From contig JBHHVC010000019.1 of NCBI GenBank assembly GCA_046754125.1, positions 1-22,128 on the forward strand: DNA of 22,128 nucleotides, in the 5' to 3' direction. Origin of the DNA: Candidatus Zixiibacteriota bacterium. GTDB taxonomy: Bacteria; Zixibacteria; MSB-5A5; GN15; FEB-12. The notes under the pieces are model-generated. The model did not search any database and was not told where the DNA came from. It was given only the letters and a program-made list of their open reading frames with translations. The position numbers and the translations under genes were made by a program. This document shows positions 16,229 through 22,128 of the stretch, in pieces. Positions within the stretch are counted from its first letter, which is position 1. Each line of letters begins with the position of its first letter.

Positions 16229-17044
16229 GTGAGAACGGATCGATTCAAACTGATTCCGGCACTATTGCTGGCAGTGTTTGCACTCGGTATGGTCGGCTGC
16301 GGAACGCAGGTACCATCTGGTCATAGGGGCGTTTTTTATTCCAAGTTCGGTGACGGAACAGAGTTTGGTAACATTTACAAGGAGGGGTTTGCCTGGCACC
16401 TGCCGTGGAATCGGATGTTTGTATACAAGGTGCAGCTACAGGAGAGCAAAGAGAAGTTGACGGTATTGTCTTCTGATGGAGCCTCGATCCGTATGGACCT
16501 GTCAATTCTCTACCGGCCGCTCGCCAACAAACTAGACTCGCTTCAGGTTACAGTGGGGCAAGATTACTACCATGTCGCCATATCGCCGAGACTGCGCGGG
16601 ATCGGCCGCGAAGTTACGGGTAACTACAAGCCTGAGGAAATCTATTCGTCCAAGAGAGAGCAAGTGCAGCAGGAGTTATTCACCCGTTTGAGCGAAGCAG
16701 TGGCGGACAAGTATGTTAGTGTTGAGAAGGTGATCATTCGCGATGTCCAGATTCCACCAAAAATCTCCGAGGCGATCAATTTCAAGCTAACAGCCGCACA
16801 AGAGGCCGAAAAGATGGAATTCACTATCGCCAAGGAAAGAAAAGAGGCTGAGCGCAAAAGGATTGAGGCGCAGGGAATTGCCGATTTCCAGAAGATCGTC
16901 TCGGCCGGAATCACCAAGTCCCTTCTGAAATGGAAGGGAATCGAGGCAACACTCAAGATCGCTGAGTCGCCCAATACCAAGGTCGTGATTGTCGGTAACG
17001 ATGCCGGATCGCTGCCGATCATACTCGGTGGGGATGACAAGTAG
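16229..17044 (+). CDS. SPFH/band-7 (prohibitin/flotillin-like) domain lipoprotein
   Basis: GTG start with a perfect SD. The signal peptide ends in lipobox MVGC. The SPFH core is followed by an Ala/Glu/Lys-rich coiled coil (AQEAEKMEFTIAKERKEAERKRIEAQG). The track ORF starts at an upstream TTG inside the promoter. Confidence 0.8.
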   Translation: MRTDRFKLIPALLLAVFALGMVGCGTQVPSGHRGVFYSKFGDGTEFGNIYKEGFAWHLPWNRMFVYKVQLQESKEKLTVLSSDGASIRMDLSILYRPLANKLDSLQVTVGQDYYHVAISPRLRGIGREVTGNYKPEEIYSSKREQVQQELFTRLSEAVADKYVSVEKVIIRDVQIPPKISEAINFKLTAAQEAEKMEFTIAKERKEAERKRIEAQGIADFQKIVSAGITKSLLKWKGIEATLKIAESPNTKVVIVGNDAGSLPIILGGDDK

Positions 17045-17111
17045 GGGCTGTCTTTAAGACTGACAGGCCGTCCTATCTGCTAAAGAGTGAAAATTAGCAG
17101 AAACGCTTACC

Positions 17112-17705
17112 GTGATGTCAGGGCAACGTCTTATCGACGTTGTCCTGAGCCGTTTTGCGCTGGGAGAAGTTGTAATAGACCGGGTGCTCATAATCGGAAC
17201 AAGCTGCTGCGGCAAGAGCACTTTTGCAGAATCTCTCTCCGAGCGAACTGGGATTGCTCACACAGAACTCGATAGCCTGTTCTGGCAAAAGGATTGGGAG
17301 CCTGTCCCGAGTGATCTGTTTGTTAATCGCGTTCGCGATGTTGTTGCTCGCGACCATTGGATCATCGACGGCAATTACTCAAGTATTCAGCCACTGTTTC
17401 TTGCGCGCGCGACAACAGTAATATGGCTCAATTACAGTTTTGCAACGATTGCTCTTCGCGCACTTCGTCGAACCTGTCGCCGCATCCGGAATCGCGAAGA
17501 GCTATTCGGCGGGAACAGAGAGTCTTTCAAACAGTCATTTCTTAGCCGAGACTCAATACTGCTCTGGGTGGTCCGAACATTTTGGCGGCATCGCAGAGAA
17601 TACAGACAGCTATACGTGGAGCGAACACACATGGGTGTCGAGTATGTAGAACTTGCAAATCAGGGCGAGGCTACCAGGTATCTGGAGAGTGTTGCAGTCA
17701 GATGA
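17112..17705 (+). CDS. P-loop NTPase of the adenylate-kinase-like / FlaR 'topology modulation protein' family
   Basis: Walker A IIGTSCCGKST and a WIIDGNY motif are present, as in the FlaR/AAA-kinase family. The true start may be GTG 17184 (giving MLIIGTS...), since the first 24 residues are non-homologous. Confidence 0.7.
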   Translation: MMSGQRLIDVVLSRFALGEVVIDRVLIIGTSCCGKSTFAESLSERTGIAHTELDSLFWQKDWEPVPSDLFVNRVRDVVARDHWIIDGNYSSIQPLFLARATTVIWLNYSFATIALRALRRTCRRIRNREELFGGNRESFKQSFLSRDSILLWVVRTFWRHRREYRQLYVERTHMGVEYVELANQGEATRYLESVAVR

Positions 17706-17730
17706 TCTTAGACGATCATAGTGCCAGGCG

Positions 17731-18891
17731 CTATGTCTGGTCAGCAAACTCTTTGAGCAGCTCACGCGCAATGACAATGCGCTGAATGTGCGCTGTGGTG
17801 CCTTCAAATATCTCACATAGTTTGACATCTCGATAGATTCGCTCGACATTATACTCGTGGGTGTAGCCATAGCCACCCAGAATCTGGATAGCCTGGTGCG
17901 CAATCTCGGTACCGATTTCGGAGGCGTACAGCTTGGCAATCGCCGCTTCCTTGATCACCGACATGCCCTGATCCTTGCGCCATGCTGCCTGGTATACCAT
18001 CAGGCGAGCTGCATGTAGTTTCATTTGCATATCGGCCAACTTAAACTGGATTGCCTGGAAGCCGGATAAGTTTTTTCCAAACTGCTTACGTTCCGTCGCG
18101 TATGTGGTCGCAATTTCAAAGGCTCGTTGCGCCATGCCAAGCGCCTGTGCTCCGACAGAAATGCGGCCGTGATTGAGCGTCTCCATAGCGATGTTGAAGC
18201 CCCGCCCAACTTCTCCAATTCGATTCTCTTTGGGGATGCGATAGTCGGAGAAGACGAGCTCCGATGTTGGCGATGCCTTAAAACCCATTTTCTCTTCATT
18301 CTTGCCGACTGCAAAACCGGGCCGGTCGGATTCTACTACGAGCGCAATGATCCCTTTGGTGCGAAGCTGCTTATTGACGGTTGCAAAGACGATAATATAG
18401 TCAGCCAATGATCCCTGGGTTACCCACAGCTTGGTGCCGTTGAGTACGTAGTCATCCCCATCCTCAACCGCGAGCAATGACAACGATCCGGCATCGGAGC
18501 CGGAATCGGCTTCCGATAGAGAATAGGCCGCCATCATTTCGCCGCTGCAGACGGGGGGGAGATATTTCTTCTTCTGCTCCTCCGTTCCAGAGTCCAGCAA
18601 TGGCATGGCAAACAGTGAACCATGCACAGCCACTGTGAGTGCATGCGATGCGCACCCTCGGGCCAGTTCTTCTATGCAGATGGTATAGGCCAGATTGTCA
18701 AGCCCGGCACCGCCGTATTCTTCCGGCACCTTGACCCCCATAAGGCCCAGACTACTCATCTCTTTGATGAGACCACGGTCGAGCTGGCAAGTTTTGTCGA
18801 ACTTGCCGGCGCGAGGAAAGAGTCGTTCTTCAGAAAACTTGCGAGCGACATCGCGCACGTATTGCTGCTCTTCGGTCAGCGAAAAATCCAT
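17731..18891 (-). CDS. Acyl-CoA dehydrogenase (short/medium-chain, butyryl-CoA dehydrogenase-like)
   Basis: 386 aa; ACAD N-terminal, middle and C-terminal domain signatures are present (YGGAGLD, GxxLNGxKxWIT-like block, catalytic E near the C-terminus in IFEGTxxIQR). Confidence 0.9.
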   Translation of the reverse strand: MDFSLTEEQQYVRDVARKFSEERLFPRAGKFDKTCQLDRGLIKEMSSLGLMGVKVPEEYGGAGLDNLAYTICIEELARGCASHALTVAVHGSLFAMPLLDSGTEEQKKKYLPPVCSGEMMAAYSLSEADSGSDAGSLSLLAVEDGDDYVLNGTKLWVTQGSLADYIIVFATVNKQLRTKGIIALVVESDRPGFAVGKNEEKMGFKASPTSELVFSDYRIPKENRIGEVGRGFNIAMETLNHGRISVGAQALGMAQRAFEIATTYATERKQFGKNLSGFQAIQFKLADMQMKLHAARLMVYQAAWRKDQGMSVIKEAAIAKLYASEIGTEIAHQAIQILGGYGYTHEYNVERIYRDVKLCEIFEGTTAHIQRIVIARELLKEFADQT

Positions 18892-18969
18892 ATTTGACCC
18901 TACCTTTCATCCCGGTCGGTCACTTGATTGACTAGTTATATATAAAAATCGAACAACGCCAGTAGAAGT

Positions 18970-19890
18970 TTAGGTCATTGTTCTCTTTATGAGTCGCTGA
19001 AAAGCTAGCTTTGCCAAGTGTCCCGACGCATTTTCGACATCAGGAGAATAGTTGGTGGTGGCATTGATATCATATGTGTAGGGGACGCCGTTGTTCCCTT
19101 CCACAAACTCGATACCGACCAGATCAAAAGGCACTTCCCGCGCCATTTCGGCGTATTTGTAAGCCAACGGGTGGTCAAAGTCGGGGATGTAGGAAAAAAG
19201 GTTGTTATCCTTTGAGCAGACGGCTCCAGACAACCCCTCTCTGTCTACTGCGCAGGCATCAGCCGGACAGAGTTCAAATCCCTGTTTGGTGGAACTGTGG
19301 AACGCATACACTAATTCACCACCAAGCAGTTCCACTCGTGTGATTCTGTCATTTCGGGGCTGGATGTATTGCTGCACCAGTAGAATCCCGTCGGGGGATG
19401 GTTCATAGTCGGTACTGCCCAGATAGTCGCGAAGTTCCACCGCCGATTGAACGAGCCTAATCCCCAAGCCTTTGCCAGAGCAATTGTGTTTTGTCAGTAC
19501 TGGAAAGTTCAGACGATAGGCTTGAACAATCAGTTCATCGAGATTGGACGAAAACACTGTAGGGGGATAATTAAGGCCGAAACGCTCAAGCAGTCGATAC
19601 TGTTCCACCTTGCTCATCTCGTAGTTCAGCGTTTCGGCGCCATTGAGGACTGTCCGGTTGTATGCGGCCAGATGTTCGAGGTACTGTTCACCCCGAATGA
19701 TTGCGCTATTATGTCCCCTGGTGTGCGATGAGGGAGAAATACGATTCAAGTATATAACATTGTCCGGTGGCTGGTTGAGGTCTAACTCAAAGTCCTCGAT
19801 GTAGTTCAGGCGCCAGGGGACGGTTATCTCATCGAGCGCTCCAGTGAAGAACGGCAGCCAGTCTTTGTTTTCGTAAATGAGTTCGACCAT
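18970..19890 (-). CDS. ATP-grasp fold ligase (RimK/LysX/GshB-like), substrate unknown
   Basis: ATP-grasp motifs are present: FPVLTKHNCSGKGLGIRLV (Lys + Gly-rich loop), LLVQQYIQ, RVELLGGELVYAF and the Mg-binding region DLVGIEFVEGNNGVPYTYDINATTNY. The N-terminal ~50 aa are atypical and there is a Cys-rich insert (ELCPADACAVD...AVCSKD). Confidence 0.7.
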   Translation of the reverse strand: MVELIYENKDWLPFFTGALDEITVPWRLNYIEDFELDLNQPPDNVIYLNRISPSSHTRGHNSAIIRGEQYLEHLAAYNRTVLNGAETLNYEMSKVEQYRLLERFGLNYPPTVFSSNLDELIVQAYRLNFPVLTKHNCSGKGLGIRLVQSAVELRDYLGSTDYEPSPDGILLVQQYIQPRNDRITRVELLGGELVYAFHSSTKQGFELCPADACAVDREGLSGAVCSKDNNLFSYIPDFDHPLAYKYAEMAREVPFDLVGIEFVEGNNGVPYTYDINATTNYSPDVENASGHLAKLAFQRLIKRTMT

Positions 19891-19951
19891 AGATCACAGT
19901 ATCGGACGAGCACTTGTGAAGCGCCTCAGGCTGACGCAAGACAACCGGCGA

Positions 19952-21922
19952 TCAATCCTCTTCGTATTGCCGTTTTATTCGGTTGAGCACTTCGGGGTCG
20001 GCCAGAGTTGTAGTGTCACCCAGTATTTTGCCCTGGGCAATATCGCGCAACAGTCGGCGCATGATCTTTCCCGATCGGGTTTTGGGCAGGTCATGGGCAA
20101 AAGTGATTTGCTCCGGTCGGGCGACGGCGCCAATCTTTCGCACCACGAAGTCCTTGAGTTGAGCCATGAATTTATTACTTGGCTCAATGTCGGATCGAGG
20201 CGTAACGAATGCAGCCAGGCATTCTCCTTTCAGGTCATGCGGAATGCCAACAACTGCGGCTTCGACAACGGCATCGTGTTCCACCAGAGCCGACTCAACT
20301 TCCATAGTGGAGATGCGGTGTCCGGCTGTGTTGATGACATCGTCAACTCGCCCTAGTATCCAGAGGTATTTGTCCTTGTCGATCTTTGCGCCATCTCCGG
20401 GGAAATATGTGTCGTTCCACTTGGACCAATAGGTCTCGATATAACGGTCGCGATCTCCCCAAATACCGCGCAGCATTCCCGGCCAGGGTTTTCTGATAGC
20501 AAGGTAGCCGCCGCCTTCTTTGACCTCTTTGCCATTCTCATCGAGAATAACGGCATCGATTCCCGGGAAAGCCTGCGTAGCGGAGCCGGGCTTTGTAGCC
20601 GTGATACCCGGTAGCGGCGTGATAAGTATGTGGCCGGTTTCGGTTTGCCACCATGTGTCGACAATTGGGCAGTTCTCATGGCCGATTATTTTCCGATACC
20701 ACATCCACGCTTCAGGATTTATCGGCTCTCCAACTGTTCCGAGGAGGCGTAGTGAACTAAGGTCGTGCTTTTCCGGCCACTCGTCACCCCATTTCATAAA
20801 TGCGCGAATGGCGGTGGGGGCGGTGTAGAACACAGTCACACCAAATTCTTCGACAATTTGCCAGAAACGATCAGGATCGGGCCAGTTGGGCGCGCCTTCG
20901 TACATCACCTGTGTTGCGCCGTTGGCCATCGGTCCATATACGATGTAAGAATGTCCTGTCACCCAGCCACAATCGGCGGTGCACCAGAAGACATCGTCAT
21001 CCTTCAAGTCAAACACGTATTTGGTTGTGGCATAGGTTCCGACCAGATAGCCGCCGCAAGTGTGCACGATCCCCTTTGGTTTCCCTGTCGTGCCCGAAGT
21101 ATACAGGATGAACAACGGGTCCTCGCTGTCCATTGTAGTCGGTTTGCAATATGGGTCAGCCTCCTGCATCAAGTCATGGTACCAATGATCGCGACCTTCT
21201 TTGAATCGCAGCAAGAACTCACCTCGTTTAACTACTATGACGTTCTCAATCGATGGGCAGTCGGCAATGGCTACGTCGGCATCGTGTTTGAGAGGAATGA
21301 TTTGCCCTCGGCGGTAGCCGCCATCGGCAGTTATCAGCAGCTTTGCCTCGGCGTCGTTAATCCGGTCTCTCAGCGAGTCGGGAGAAAAACCGCCGAAGAC
21401 GACTGAGTGAATCGCGCCAATACGAGCGCAGCCGAGCATGGCGATAACCAGTTCGGGGATCATGGGAAGGAAGATCGCAACTCGGTCGCCCTTGGTGATT
21501 CCCAGGGACTTGAGGGCGTTGGCAAATTTATTAACCTGTCGAAACATATCGAAATAAGTGTATGTTCGCCTGTCGCCCGGTTCACCTTCCCAAATCAACG
21601 CTGCCTTGTTTCTGCGACCGTTAGTAACATGTTGGTCGAGGCATGACTCTGTGATATTCAGCTTGCCGCCGACAAACCACTTTGCATCCGGCGCTTTCCA
21701 TTGCAATCCTGCTTTCCACTTCTTTTGCCAGACCAGTTCTGAAGCCATTGTCTCCCAGAACCGCACGGGGTCTTTCCTTGCGCGCGAATAGATCGATTTG
21801 TCTGAGATACTGGCCTGCTTGACGAAGGCCCTGGGCGGTCTGAAGCTGCGTTTTTCGACAAGCAGCGTGTCTATGGCGCCGGACGCCTTATTCTTGGACG
21901 TAGTTTTCGGTTTTCTGGGCAC
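19952..21922 (-). CDS. acs: Acetyl-CoA synthetase (AMP-forming acetate-CoA ligase)
   Basis: Full-length ACS homology is present ([18 protein letters not shown], catalytic Lys in TRSGKIMRR). Start is called at GTG 21922, with SD GGAG 6 nt upstream. The track ORF extends to TTG 21991, leaving only 22 nt to the upstream gene. Confidence 0.88.
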   Translation of the reverse strand: MPRKPKTTSKNKASGAIDTLLVEKRSFRPPRAFVKQASISDKSIYSRARKDPVRFWETMASELVWQKKWKAGLQWKAPDAKWFVGGKLNITESCLDQHVTNGRRNKAALIWEGEPGDRRTYTYFDMFRQVNKFANALKSLGITKGDRVAIFLPMIPELVIAMLGCARIGAIHSVVFGGFSPDSLRDRINDAEAKLLITADGGYRRGQIIPLKHDADVAIADCPSIENVIVVKRGEFLLRFKEGRDHWYHDLMQEADPYCKPTTMDSEDPLFILYTSGTTGKPKGIVHTCGGYLVGTYATTKYVFDLKDDDVFWCTADCGWVTGHSYIVYGPMANGATQVMYEGAPNWPDPDRFWQIVEEFGVTVFYTAPTAIRAFMKWGDEWPEKHDLSSLRLLGTVGEPINPEAWMWYRKIIGHENCPIVDTWWQTETGHILITPLPGITATKPGSATQAFPGIDAVILDENGKEVKEGGGYLAIRKPWPGMLRGIWGDRDRYIETYWSKWNDTYFPGDGAKIDKDKYLWILGRVDDVINTAGHRISTMEVESALVEHDAVVEAAVVGIPHDLKGECLAAFVTPRSDIEPSNKFMAQLKDFVVRKIGAVARPEQITFAHDLPKTRSGKIMRRLLRDIAQGKILGDTTTLADPEVLNRIKRQYEED

Positions 21923-22013
21923 TTGAGTCTCCTGATGTTTGGCTTGGTCCAGTCGGAGGCCAATATGCGAGGCCCCATACCGGGTTGTCAAGTCCGTCGT
22001 GTGTGTAGTGCCA

Positions 22014-22128
22014 TCATTTCAAGAGGAGCATCTTCCGGGTTTGTACGCCGTCGGATGTGGTCAGGCGGTATAGATAAAGCCCGGTTGCTGCAGCAGAGCC
22101 GTCACCGATACGGCCGTCCCATTCGATA
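22014..22128 (-). CDS. C-terminal fragment (last 37 codons + stop) of a T9SS-sorted secreted protein: type-A Por secretion C-terminal domain
   Basis: Reverse-strand translation [37 protein letters not shown]. It matches the TIGR04183-type CTD consensus (...EWDG...G..A.GVYFYRL...G.VQTKKMVLLK). The gene continues beyond the window. Confidence 0.7.
   Translation of the reverse strand, partial: IEWDGRIGDGSAAATGLYLYRLTTSDGVQTRKMLLLK

Noticed and set aside
17046-17069. Imperfect hairpin GGCTGTC...GACAGGCC after the SPFH stop
   Set aside because: There is one mismatch in the stem and no downstream T-run. At most it is a weak attenuator, not callable.
17702-17719. ATGATC/GATCAT hairpin (6-bp stem, 6-nt loop) overlapping the FlaR-like gene stop, in the 25-bp convergent gap with the acyl-CoA dehydrogenase gene
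   Set aside because: The stem is AT-rich and short with no U-tract on either strand, so it is probably not a functional terminator.
21923-21991. TTG-initiated 23-codon extension of acs
   Set aside because: There is no SD before the TTG and it would leave only 22 nt to the upstream gene. GTG 21922 has a GGAG SD. The call is kept ambiguous in the findings.
1-22128. Search for tRNA/rRNA/CRISPR/IS elements
   Set aside because: No T-loop-like GGTTCGAATCC-type sequence or cloverleaf candidate was found by eye in intergenic regions. There is no direct-repeat array, no transposase- or integrase-like ORF and no terminal inverted repeats. Coding density and gene content are those of core chromosome.

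Overview
This is a densely packed chromosomal segment of about 22 kb from a diderm (Gram-negative-type) bacterium. Twenty-two protein-coding genes are called, with no rRNA, tRNA, CRISPR array or obvious mobile element. A partial gene at the 3' end encodes a textbook type IX secretion C-terminal sorting domain, and several genes use AGGAGG-type Shine-Dalgarno sites. Together these suggest an FCB-group lineage that uses SD (Zixibacteria, Ignavibacteria, Calditrichaeota or KSB1-like); this is inference only. The genes fall into four groups. (1) A translesion/SOS-type module, yedK(SRAP)-umuD-umuC, sits within 14 kb of ssb and uvrB. (2) There are two envelope-biogenesis operons: rsmI–PAP2 phosphatase–lgt, and rplU–bamA–skp–lpxD. 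(3) nadE is present as a single gene. (4) An acyl-metabolism trio (acs, an ATP-grasp ligase of unknown substrate, acyl-CoA dehydrogenase) is accompanied by several secreted or lipoproteins (Ycf48-like BNR propeller, an unknown lipoprotein co-transcribed with uvrB, DUF1028-TPR, an SPFH lipoprotein, a FlaR-like P-loop kinase). The six-frame track extends ORFs to the furthest ATG/GTG/TTG; several 5' ends were re-assessed from SD and promoter context and are called shorter: nadE, skp, the PAP2 gene, the SPFH gene, acs and the uvrB-adjacent lipoprotein. No single spectacular novel system is evident. The most interesting leads are the SRAP-umuDC cassette with SD-less, leaderless-looking promoters, a 9-mer (GATTAGTGA) shared next to the -35 of the umuD and uvrB promoters, the uvrB–lipoprotein linkage, the PgpB-like PAP2 gene translationally coupled to lgt, and the uncharacterised ATP-grasp gene between acs and the acyl-CoA dehydrogenase.
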